Origin: Reclinomonas americana ATCC 50394
Taxonomy: Eukaryota
DNA length: 47,132 nt
Assembly (NCBI GenBank): GCA_048213135.1
Contig: PS015329.1
Location: 1-47,132 of the forward strand
Reading direction: 5' to 3'
The notes under the pieces were generated by a model, which saw only the letters and a list, made by a program, of their open reading frames with translations, did not search any database and was not told where the DNA came from. Below are positions 1 to 11,600 of the stretch, piece by piece. The translations under genes were made by a program, and so were the position numbers. Every line of letters starts with the position of its first letter. Positions within the stretch are counted from its first letter, which is position 1.

Positions 1-58
<58 letters not shown>

Positions 59-77
59 CTCCTCCTCCTCTCTCCTC

Positions 78-132
<55 letters not shown>

Positions 133-192
133 CTCCTCCTCCTCCTCCTCCTCCTCCTCCTTCTCCTCCCCCTCCCCCTCCCCCTCCCCCTC
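1..192. repeat. (CT)n/(CCT)n microsatellite in an LRR-gene intron; representative of many GA/CT and CA/TG tracts in the window
   Basis: Pure pyrimidine tract followed by the same acceptor motif as the LRR units. Similar tracts occur at e.g. 2100-3180, 5500-6500, 13250-14200, 27710-28250 and 34515-35350. Confidence 0.95.
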
Positions 193-199
193 TCTGCTG

Positions 200-2098
200 T
201 CAAAGTGACGTTCGTGTCACTGCAGAGATAACTCACACACTCTGCGTGCGTGCAGGCAATAGAATCGGTCCAGTGGGAGCACAAGCCATATCGCAGATGC
301 AATCACTGACGACCCTGGACATCAGCGGTGAACATCTTTTTTCCGCTCTGCTTGTAATCGTGCCACTGGGGAGCTCACGCTTTCCATGCTTGCAGGGAAC
401 GGAATCGGTCCAGAGGGTGCACAGGCCATATCGCACATGAGGTCGCTGACGACGCTGGACATTTGCTGTGCGTTCTCGTCGTTACTCTGCAGGTAGTGCT
501 GATGCTGGAGAGAGCTCACGCATTCTGCGTGGTTGCAGACAATGGAATCGGTCCAGTGGGAGCACAAGCCATAGCGCAGATGAGATCGCTGACGACGTTG
601 AACATTTGCTGTGAGTTCTCCTCTTTCTGCGAGAAGTGCGATATTTGTGTCACTCTGTGTGCATGTAGGGAACGCAATCGATCCAGAGGGAGCGCGAGCC
701 ATATCGCAGATGGGGTCGCTGACGGCGCTAGACATCAGCGGTGAACAACTCTTTCCGCTCCCCTTGCAGGGTGCTAATCGTGTCCCTGGAGAACTCACGC
801 ACTCTGTGTGCTTACAGGGAACGGATTCGGTCCAGAGGGAGCACAAGCCGTGTCGCAGATGAAGTCACTGACGACGCTGGACATTAGCGGTGAACTCTGC
901 TGGCAGGGCGATATTCGTGTCACTGGAGAACTCACGCACTCTGCAGGGAATGGAATCGGCCCAGAGGGAGCACAAGCCATATCGCAGATGCAGTCGCTGA
1001 CATCGCTGAGCGTCAACGGTGAACAACTCTTTCCACTTTGCCGGTTCGTGTCACTGGAGAGCTCACACACTCGGCAGACAATGGTCTCGGCCCAGAGACA
1101 GCACAAGCCATATCGAAGATGAAGTCACTGACGACGCTGGGCATTGGCGGTGAACCCTTGCCACTCCACAGGCACTGCGATGTTCGTGTAGCTCACGTTC
1201 ATTGCGTGCTTGCAGACAATCAAATCGGTCCAGCGGGAGCTCGAGTCATTTCGCAGATGCAGTCGCTGACGACACTGAACATCTGGAGTGAGTTCTCGTC
1301 ACCGTGCTGGCAGTGTGATGCGTGTGTCACTGAAGAGCTTGCAGGGAGTAAGGTCAGCCCAGAAGGAGCGCGCGCCATATCGCAGATGAAGGCACTGACA
1401 TCGCTGAGCATCGACGGTGAGCAAGGGAGAGGGAGAGGGAGAAGGAGAAAGAGGGAGAGAGAGAGAGAGAGGAGGAGAGGAGAGAGAGGAGAGAGAGAGG
1501 AGAAGAGAAGAGGAGGAGAGAGAGGTAGGGGGAGGGAGAAAGAGGGAGAAAGAGAGAGAGCTGGCGGTTCGTGTCCCTGTCGAGCTTACGCACTGTGCGT
1601 GCTCGCAGGGAATGGAATCGGTCCAGAGGGAGCACGCGCCATATCGCAGATGAAGTCGTTGACAGTGTTGGACATCAAAGGTGAACTCTTGCCACGTCGC
1701 CGACTGTGCGATGTTGTTTTGGAGAGCTCACGCACTGTGTGTGCTTGCAGACAATGGAATCGGTCCAGTGGGAGCAGAAGCCATATCGCAGATGCAGTCG
1801 CTGACGACGCTGGATATTAGCGGTAAACTCCTTATACTCTGCTGGCAGTGCGATGTTAGGAGAGCTCATGCACTGTGTGTGCTTGCAGACAATGAGATAG
1901 GCCCAGAAGGAGCACGCGCCATGTCGCAGATGCAGTCGTTGACGGCACTGAACATCTGGAGTGAGTTCTGCTGGGTGATGTAATGCTCGTGTCACTGGGG
2001 AGCTCACGCACTCTGCGCGCTTGCAGGGAATGAGATTGGTCCCGAGGGGGCACAGGCCATTTCGCAGATGAAGGAGCTGACGACGCTGACAATTGGTG
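200..2098 (+). repeat. Tandem array of ~130-150 bp intron+exon units
   Basis: Introns are 57-77 nt (one expanded to 192 nt by a GA tract) and share the motif TCGTGTCACTGGAGAGCTCACGCACTSTG upstream of a YAG acceptor. Confidence 0.9.
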
Positions 2099-3617
2099 GT
2101 GCGGAGAGAGAGGGGGAAACGGGGGGGGGAGTGGAGAGAGGGAAGGAAAGGGAAAGGGGAATAGAAAGGGAAAGGGGGAGGAGAGAGGGAAGGAAAGGGA
2201 AAGGGAGAGGAGAGAGGGAAAGGAAGGGAAAGAGGAATAGAAAGGGAAAGAGGGAGGAGAGAGGGAAAGGGGGCACTGAGTGTGTAAGAGAGGGAAAGGG
2301 GGAGAAGAGAGGGACAGGGGGAGTGAGTGCGTGAGAGAGGGAAGGGGGGAGAGAGGAAAAGGGGGAGCAGAGAGGGAAAGGGGGATGTAAGTGCGTGTGA
2401 GATGGATGGGTGGAGAGAGAAGGGGGAGTAGAGAGGGAACGGGGGAGGAGAGAGGGAAAGGGGAGTAGAGAGGGAAAGGGGGAGGAGAGAGGGGAAGGGG
2501 GAGGAGAGAGGGAAAGGGTGAGTAGAGAGAGAAAGGGGAATAGAGAGAGAAAGGGGAAGTGAGTGCGTGAGAGAGGGAAGGGGGGAGGAGAGAGGGAAGG
2601 GGAGGAGAGAGGGAAAGGGGGCACTGAGTGTGTAAGAGAGGGAAATGGAGAAGTGAGTACGCTAGATAGGGAAAGAGGAGAAATGAGAGAAAGGGGTCAA
2701 AGGGGTAGGGAATGGGTTAGAAAGGGAATGGGGGCACTGAGTGTGCAAGAGGAAAAAGGGGATTAGAGAGAGAAAGGGGGAAGTGCGTGCGCGAGAGATG
2801 GATGGGGGGAAGAGAGGGAAAGCGGGAAGCGGGTGCGTGAGAGAGGGAATGGGGAAAGTGAGTGAGTGAGAGGCTGAGAGTGAGCTCGAGTGCGTGAGAG
2901 AGGGAAAGAGGGAATTGGATGAGAGAGAGAGGGAAAGGGGGAGAAATGAGAGGGAAAGGGGGAGAAATGAGAGGGAAAGAAAGGGAAAAGGGAGTAGAGG
3001 GAAAGGGGGAGTAGAAAGGGAATGGTGGAAGTGAGTGCGTGAGAGTGGGAAAGGGGGAGGAGAAAGGATGAGGTGGAGTAGAGAGGGAATGGGGGAAGTG
3101 GGTGAGAGAGAGAGAGAGGGAAAGGAGTTAAGAGGGAAAGGGGAGCGAGTGGGTGAGCACTTGAGTGAGTGATTGTGGAAATGAGTGATTATGTAGGCGA
3201 GCTCCTTCTTTGCTCGAAACCCACTGAGCCCGTTGTACAGGAAACGACATTGGCGATGTCGGCGCCAAAGCAATTGCCTGCATGTCTGGCGTGAGCGTGG
3301 TCGGTGTCAATAGAACCAAGTTCCTCTCCAGCGGTGCGGCAAGAGCACCCAGTGATAGCCGCACTGTGTTTCAGATTATCAGTCTCACTGGCTTCCTCAC
3401 AGATTGTGTGAGTGAGACCGCCACCGCTGCTGCGGTAACAGAGGGAAAAGATGTCGACGGCGGTACGTGTAACGCAGTACATCTCATACGGAACTCCGCA
3501 ACCGTTTTGACAACAGGCGGCTGGCTACCTGATGGCGATCTATGGCCGATTGCAGTGGCCTTGCTCGCTGTGGCAGTCCCAGCAGCTGTCTTTTTGTATC
3601 GCCGGCAAGGACGCTAA
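256..3617 (+). CDS. LRR protein with C-terminal transmembrane helix (5' end outside window); one 24-aa LRR per 72-nt exon
   Basis: Thirteen AG/GT-bounded exons of exactly 72 nt, all phase 1: 256-327, 396-467, 539-610, 669-740, 818-889, 947-1018, 1078-1149, 1216-1287, 1345-1416, 1609-1680, 1751-1822, 1889-1960, 2027-2098. Consensus xNxIGPEGAxAISQMxSLTTLDIS (RI-like LRR, resembling the expanded Naegleria-type LRRs). The terminal region 3241-3617 starts with a degenerate LRR (NDIGDVGAKAIACM) and ends in LWPIAVALLAVAVPAAVFLY-RRQGR*. It may contain further short introns (e.g. 3463-3516). Confidence 0.9.
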
Positions 3618-3887
3618 GCAGCCTCCGCCGCCTCTCGGTGCAGCTATCCAGGCCGCTCTACAGCCTCCGCCACCTCCCAATGCAGCGATCCATGCCGCTC
3701 AGCAGCCACTGCAATAGGTGCGCATGCTGTCGAGCACGTTGGTGAGAACTGCCGTTCGTGAGCGTTGTTTTTGATAATCGTATAAAACAGAACGATGCAC
3801 TATGCTGCACATTTCTGCACTTTAGCAACGAGAAAGAGCAGGAAACCCCCTTCCACCTTAACCCTTCCCTTCAAATCCTTCATTCCC

Positions 3888-5618
3888 TCACAAATGCAAC
3901 ACCTCCACCGAATACGGCGGCACCGACGTCGGCATGCGCACCGGCCGCTGCACGAAATCCAGCCGCGCCAACAACAGCTCCAGCTCCTGGTATTCGGCCA
4001 CGTGCTTCTTCACCAGCTTCTCCACTTTCTGCAGCTCGGCGGCGCCGCTGTCCGAGACCACGAACGACAGCGAGTGGGCGTCGAGGACCACGTTGAGCCA
4101 GTCCACCATCTGTCGGAGAGGGAGAAGGGTGAGAAGGGGAGAAGGGAGGAGAGGGGGAAGGGGGAGGAGAGGGGGAAGGATGAGAGGGGAAAGGGAGGAG
4201 AGGGGAAGAAGAGAGGGGGAAGAAGAGAGGGGAAGGGGAGAAGGGAGGAGAGGGAGAAGGGTGAGAAGAGGGAAAGGAGGGGAGGGGGAAGGGGGAAGAG
4301 AGGGGGAAGGGGGAAGAGAGGGGGAAGGATGAGAGGGGGAGAGAGGGGGAAGAAATGAGTGACGGAAGGCGGAATAAAAAGAGAGAGCTAAAGAGGAGGG
4401 CGTGGAGAAGTGAAGGGTGAAACAGAATGAGCGATAATATGGACACATTCAAACCAGATGAACATGGTGTGAGCAATAACGACTGGCAACAAAAGATCAG
4501 AAACGAATCAGGAGGAGGGTCGAACATCGCAACTCACCAGCACGGAGAGACGAAGCGGGAAGGGACGAGAGAGAAGGAGGAAAAAGAATAAAGACTGTAG
4601 GAATCCAGATAGAGAGAGACTGTGGATGGGAGAAAAAGCGAGAGAAAGAGAGACGCAGAGAGGGAGAGGCAGAGGACTGCTGGAGAAAGGAAGGGGAAAG
4701 CGGGAAGGAGAAAGGAAGGCTGAGAGAGAGAAGAGAGATTGAGGAGAGAGAAAGAGAGCGAGAGAGCGGAGGGTGGGAGAAAGAAAAGAAAGAACGCTAT
4801 GAAGAAACGAAGGGAGAAGGGAGGAGAAAGGAAGGAAGAGAGAATGAGGAGGGAGAGAGAGAGAAACTCACGGTGGGAGAAAGAGGGACAGAGAAAGCAA
4901 GCAATGAAAAAGGAAGACTGCGAGACGCAGGGAGGGAGAGGCAGAGGACTTTTAAAGAAAGGAGAAAGGATGTTGGATTCAAGATTGAGAGACGCTTAGG
5001 GCGGGAGACAGAGGGAGAGAGAGAAAGGAAGCAAAACAAGAAAGTACACCGATTTAGCAGCACGGCGAGAAGGAGAGAGGCACTGTGCCACATGTAGCAA
5101 GCGAACCCAGCCGATAAAGACAGAAAAAATAGAACTGTAAGGTCGAGTGCAGAAGCCTCTCTAACACTCAGCGACAATGCCACTTGGCAGTCAAACTCAC
5201 ATCCGATTGACGCGGGTACCACAGCTCACGACCATGCAGCGACGAGTACGTGAGCTGCCGCCTGAGGTAGCCCACCAATTTCTGCAGCACGCCGATCGTC
5301 AGTCTCCACCACACCCACAATCATCATCTCAGAGCAGACTCACCAATGCCGACTCGCGTGGCACCTCACGCAGTCCCTGTCGCAGGAACAGATCGTTGCG
5401 CGGGAGCGAGAGAATCAAGTTCCTGCGCCACACACACACACACACATGTCATTTCACCGCACCATCACCAACTTCCTCTCTCTTTCTTTAACAGTTTCTT
5501 CATTCTCTCTCTCTCTCACACACACACACTCTCCCTCAGCCTCTATCATTCTCTTACAGTCTCCGTAAGTCTCTCTCACTGTCTCTCACTCATGTTGTCT
5601 CTCACTCATGCTGTCTCT

Positions 5619-5661
<43 letters not shown>

Positions 5662-8600
5662 ACATACTCTCTCAGTCTCCCTCAATCTCTGTCTCAATGA
5701 GTCACTTAGTCTCTCTCATTCTCTCTCAGTCTCTCTCAGTTTCTCAGTCGCTCTCTGTCTCTGTCTATCTCTCTCAATCTCTCAGTCACTCTGTCTCTGA
5801 GTCACTCTCAATCTCTCTCTCAGAGTGTCTTGCTCGCTCACTCAGTCTCTTACTTAATATCTTTCATCCTCACTCAGTCTCTATCACTCTCTCTCAATCT
5901 CTCTCAATCTCTTTCATCCTCTTTCGTCTCTCTACGTCTCTCTCAGTCTCTCTCTCATTCTCTCTCTCAGTCACTTTCATTCTATCTCAGGTATTTTCAT
6001 TCTCTCTCAGTCTCACTCAGTCCCTCTCCCTTTCTTTCCCTCTTTCCCTGTCTTTACATGTCTCTCTCTACCTCTGTCTCTCGTTCTCTTTCATCCTCTC
6101 TCTCATATCTCTCAGTGTCTCTCTCTCTCTCAATCTCTCTAATACTCCCGCAGTTTCCCTCGGTTTCTCATTCTCTCTCAATCTCTCTAATTCTCTCACA
6201 TACCTCAGTTTCTCAATCAAAATCTCTCAGTCTTTCTCTCAATCTCTCTAATTCTCTCGCAGTATCCCTCTCAATCTCTAAGTCTCTGTCTCTCTCTCTC
6301 TTCCCCTCTCCTTCCCTCTCCTTCCCCTTCCCCTTCTCCTCCCCTCTTCTCCTCCCTTCCCCTCTCTCTTCCCCTCTCTTCCCCTCTGCCTCCCCTCTCC
6401 CTCCCTCTCCCTCCCCTCTCCCTCCCCTCTCCCTACCCTCTCCCTCCCCTCTCCCTCCCCTCTCCCTCCCCTCTCCCTCCCCTCTCCCTCCCCCCCTCCC
6501 CTNNNNNNNNNNNNNNNNNNNNNNNNNNNNNNNNNNNNNNNNNNNNNNNNNNNNNNNNNNNNNNNNNNNNNNNNNNNNNNNNNNNNNNNNNNNNNNNNNN
6601 NNNNNNNNNNNNNNNNNNNNNNNNNNNNNNNNNNNNNNNNNNNNNNNNNNNNNNNNNNNNNNNNNNNNNNNNNNNNNNNNNNNNNNNNNNNNNNNNNNNN
6701 NNNNNNNNNNNNNNNNNNNNNNNNNNNNNNNNNNNNNNNNNNNNNNNNNNNNNNNNNNNNNNNNNNNNNNNNNNNNNNNNNNNNNNNNNNNNNNNNNNNN
6801 NNNNNNNNNNNNNNNNNNNNNNNNNNNNNNNNNNNNNNNNNNNNNNNNNNNNNNNNNNNNNNNNNNNNNNNNNNNNNNNNNNNNNNNNNNNNNNNNNNNN
6901 NNNNNNNNNNNNNNNNNNNNNNNNNNNNNNNNNNNNNNNNNNNNNNNNNNNNNNNNNNNNNNNNNNNNNNNNNNNNNNNNNNNNNNNNNNNNNNNNNNNN
7001 NNNNNNNNNNNNNNNNNNNNNNNNNNNNNNNNNNNNNNNNNNNNNNNNNNNNNNNNNNNNNNNNNNNNNNNNNNNNNNNNNNNNNNNNNNNNNNNNNNNN
7101 NNNTCCCCTCCCCTCCCCCTCTCCCTTTCCCCCTCCTCCCCTCCCTCTCGCCTCCCCCTTCCCCTCCCCCTCTCCCGCCCCACCACTCAACAGCAGCTTC
7201 CGACACATCACCACCGGCGTGTCCCTGCCCTCGGGCGGCGCACGCCACTGATCCAAGTGCGGCTTCACCGCCGGATCGAAAATCTTCAGCACGTAGTTGA
7301 GCAGCGCCACCACCGCGTTCTCCGGCAGCTCCGTGCAGGCGGCCACCAGGGTGCCGAGGAGGAACTGCGATAGACGGGGAAGGGCGATTAGGGGAAGGGT
7401 TGATCAAGGAGAGGGATAGGGGAACAAACACAGTCACCACACGCTGCCACTACATCTCACATCTCACTCTCCTCCCATTACCCCTCTCCCTATGAAAATG
7501 AGAGGGGGAAGGGGATTAGGGGAAGGGTTGATCAAGGAGAGGGACGAGAGAGGGAAGGGAGACAAAAAGAGAGGGATGGGATATATGAGAGTGAAGGAAA
7601 TGCAGAGTAAGAAAGTGCGGAACAGAGGAGGAAAACACCACAAGAGTTGTGACGAAGGAGACGAGAACACAAGACACAAGAGGGGAAGGGAGAGTAAGGA
7701 GATCGACAGGAGGAGCAGGGAGACTGAGACGGAGGGGGCAAGGCAGAGCAAGATGCGGGAGGAAATGAAAGCGTGGTACAGAGTTGGAGAAGAGCACCAC
7801 AAGAGTTGTGACGAAGGAGAATAGGCCATGTGAGCAAAGTAAGACAAACGCAAGTGGCATCAACATTTTCACACACTCACAAGATTAGAGACACGAGGGC
7901 AAACACAAAGATAAACAGCAGAAGCGCGCGAGTCTTTGACAGCACATGGAAGACGAATGTCAATCAAGCTCAAAACAAGAATCTCACACAACTTAGCACG
8001 CGCAAGAAAAACACGAGCCGCGGTGACGTGGAACGAAATGAACAGCGAGATGGAGGAAAGAGGAAGAGTGGAGGGTCAAGGAGCAAGGCAGCGAGTAGTA
8101 GACAATCAGTTAGAGGGCAAGAGGGAGAGAAAGATGCTATCTCGGCAGTCGTCAGAGAATCAAAACACAAGTAAAGCAAAGAGACATGGCATCTCACAAA
8201 ACTAACGCATGATTAGAACATCACGGATGATTAAAACTAACTGACAGCAAGAGAAGTAGCAAGAACGGACGCACAAATGTTGTGAGAGAATCAAGGCGCA
8301 AGCCAGAGAGCAGAGCAAAAGAGACATGGCATGTCACAAAACTTGACGAGAGCGGACAATGCACAATAAGCAACACGCTACCACACTACAGAAACAAGAA
8401 GGCAAGGTAACGAATCGAGAGTAGGTGCAAAGCAGACCACACAGTCCTTCCCCTCCCTCTCCTATCCTCACTCTAATAAATAATAAAAATAATAAAACTT
8501 CACTGAGACATACACAACAACGAGCTTCTATCAGTGATCGCCAACAAGTCTCGTGTGCTTTCCTTCTACAGCAAATTAAGTTGCCGTGGGAGAGACTTCT

Positions 8601-11600
8601 CTTTCCCCTATATCCCTTTCCCTCCACCTCCCTTCCCCTCTAACCCCTTTTCCTTCCCCCCACCCTCACCGTATCCCCCCTCGCAATCAACGTCGGCACC
8701 AACGCCGGCGAGTGATACGCAGACACCCGCCGACTCCGCACCAGCAACAACAGCACCTCCCGCAAATCACTCCACTCCAAGCAGTGCTGCGTGAGCAACA
8801 TGATGCTGCGCGGCGAGAACACCGACCACTTGCTGAACAGCTCGGCAATGTGGCGGTGCTCCTTGGCACTCTGCGATAAGAGAGGAGAAGGGTGGTGAGA
8901 AGAGGGGGAAAGGGGGGAAAAGTCCTGCAGGACGCACACGCACCGGCGGCGGGTGCGCCACTCGCAGCACCTCGAAGAACTCCTCGGTGGTGAAGCACTG
9001 CAGGAGCTGGGAGACGAGCTGCTGCTCGGCCTCGGCCAGAGTGGTCATGCGGTCCAGGCATTGCTCGCGGATCTCGGCCTCGGCGTCGGTGGAGGAGGAG
9101 TGGGAGGGTAACCTCAGGAGTTCCTACGAGAAGGGGAAGGGGAGGGGGAAAGGGGGGTTAAAGGGGAAGGGGGTTGAGGGGGAAGGATGGGGAAAGGGGG
9201 TTAAAGGGGAGGGGGGAAGAGGGAAAGGGGGACAGGAGAAGAGGGGGAAAGGGGGAAAGGGGGAGAAAGAGGGAGGGGNNNNNNNNNNNNNNNNNNNNGA
9301 GGGGGAAGGAAAGGAAAAGGGAGACAGAAGGGATTAGAAAGGGATGGGGAAAGAGAGAGACGAGCACACGTGCGAATGCATGTACAATCGCAGTCTCCGA
9401 CAATGTTGTGCAATCTCAAACGGGTCGATTTCTGCCTCCCCACACACGTCGTCTCTCGCATTATGTCACACGCGGACTTCAGTGATTCTCTGTCGCTCCA
9501 CGAAGGCACAGTTCCTCAAATAACTGTCACTTGCCGTGCTCTCTGCCTCTCCAAACTTGTTACAGTGTTTAAGCTGTCGTTCACGGTCTTTCGCAACCAA
9601 ACAAAGGATTGCTCTACCTATACAGCGTCGCAATCTCTCATGTCGGCGCTCTCCGCCACTCGCAGCTTCACGCACAGTCGCTCAAACACACTGCGAACTC
9701 TAATATCACGCGCCTATCTCACAAAGGTGCTCTCTATGATTGTGTTCCTGTTTACTCAGCCTTACAATCTGTCACAGTATTCAAGAATCCAATCAAGTAC
9801 CTTAGGGCGACAATCTGTCTGCAAAACTGTGTGCCTGTCACCCAGTTCTCCGTCTCACAGAAATGCTCTCAAAGAGGCACAGCCCTTTCGGGAGTTGCTC
9901 TTCACAGAGTGCTGTCATTCATCAATCTTCGTCGGTATCACTCAATCTCTCACTCTTGCTCGTTGTTGATAACAAACAAAAACAATATCTCTCCGCATTT
10001 TGCCCTCTGTCGGGATTCCTTCTCTTCTGCTGTCGTTGCAAAACTCAATCTCTCTCACTCCTTCTCCACTCACCCCTCCCCTCCATACTGCCCTCACTTC
10101 CCCCTTCCCACTTTAAGAAGGACAGAAGAGAAGAGTAAAGGCGAAAAAAGATAGCCAAGTAAAAGTAAAACTTGTCATTTCTTCTCACTCGCCCTCTCTC
10201 CCTCTCCCCTCCCTTTCCCTTCCCCCCTTCTCCCCTTTCCTCCCTCCTTTCCCTTTCTCCTTCCCTTTCCCTCACCTGCAAATTGACAAAGTTCGGCTGC
10301 GCCGTCACCACCCTCTCCGCCGCTGACGCCGCCGCCGCCGCCGACGGCTCCGCCGTAGACCCACTGGCCGCCGACGCCTTGCCCAGAATGCGCGCCAGCG
10401 TCACCGACGGCAGCACCGAGCGACCGACAAAGACCTGGTGCGCGGCCACCACCGCCACCGTCGACAGACCGCCGCCCACGTCGCCGCAGTTGACGACGTG
10501 GAGCGCGGAGGAGGCGGGGCTGGCAAAGGCGTCGGCAAAGACCTCGCGGGCAAAGGTGGTGCCAAAGGTGGTGTCCACGATGACGAGCTCGTCTGCAAAT
10601 GGTAATAGGGAAAGGGTGAGTGAGGGGAAAGGGGGAGAGAGGGAAAGGGCGAGTGAGGGGAAAGGGGGGAAAGGGAAAGGGTGAGTGAGGGGAGGGGAAA
10701 CAATTATTTTGCATTTTCTCTCTCTTCTCTCCTTGTTGTTTCTCTCTCTAACTTTCTCTCTCTCTCTCCATGTATCTCCAAGCTCTTTTATTTCTCTTTC
10801 TACGACTCCTCGTTCAATCAATGAGCCTCGTAGTCTTCGTTCTCCCTTCTATCGCTCCTTATCTTTTCTCTCTTCCTCTTTCTTTCTGTCTTTCTCCTCT
10901 TTTCCTCTCTTTGCTCTCCTCTCTTCTTCTATGTACCTCGCGGTTTAATCGTGATTGTTCTCTCTTTCTCCATATCTCAATTTCCTATTCCGCTTCCTCT
11001 TTATACCTCTTCCCCCTCATCTTCACTCCCTCGTTTCCATTGTCTCTTTCTATTCTTTCTCTTTCTTTTTCCGCTCCTTGTCTTTTCTCTCTTTCTGTTA
11101 TTTGTCTTCTCTTTCTCCTTCTCTTTTCTTTCTCAGGCCTCGCAGTCCAATCGATCAGCTTCATTCATTTCGTTCTCTGTTCTATCTCTCTTTAACTTAG
11201 CAGTGAGTGATTAGAAAGAGGAAGATGAAGAGGGAATGAAGAGAAGGAAGAGACAATGTAGAGGATGAGGAAGAGAGAACGATCCGAACGGAGCTCGTCG
11301 ATTGCACAGCGATGTATGAGAAAGAGAAGAAGCAGAAGAGAGGAGAGAGATGGAGAGAAAGAAAAGAATTGGCATTCTGCTCATTCTCTGTTTGTCTTTC
11401 GCTCGGCTCCACTTTAGTCGATGAGATTCGAGTTCTCTTCATTCTCTATCTCTCTGGCCGAAAAAAACCATGAAGGACTCATGGGCGCAAGGGAGGAAAC
11501 GCACAAGCACAGGAACAAAGAAAGTATGAGGGAGAAATAGAAAGACAGAAATGAGAGACAGAGACAACAACAAAAGAGACAGAGACAAAGAGAGAGAGAA

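Noticed and set aside
200-2098. Regular repeat/spacer pattern resembling a CRISPR array
   Set aside because: The repeats are 72-nt coding exons with GT-AG boundaries, the spacers are mutually homologous introns, and there are no cas genes.
5346-7440. Long Ser/Leu- or Arg/Glu-rich ORFs (also 11439-12466, 23453-26090, 27566-28369, 44142-45485)
   Set aside because: They are translations of CT/GA microsatellites or run through N gaps.
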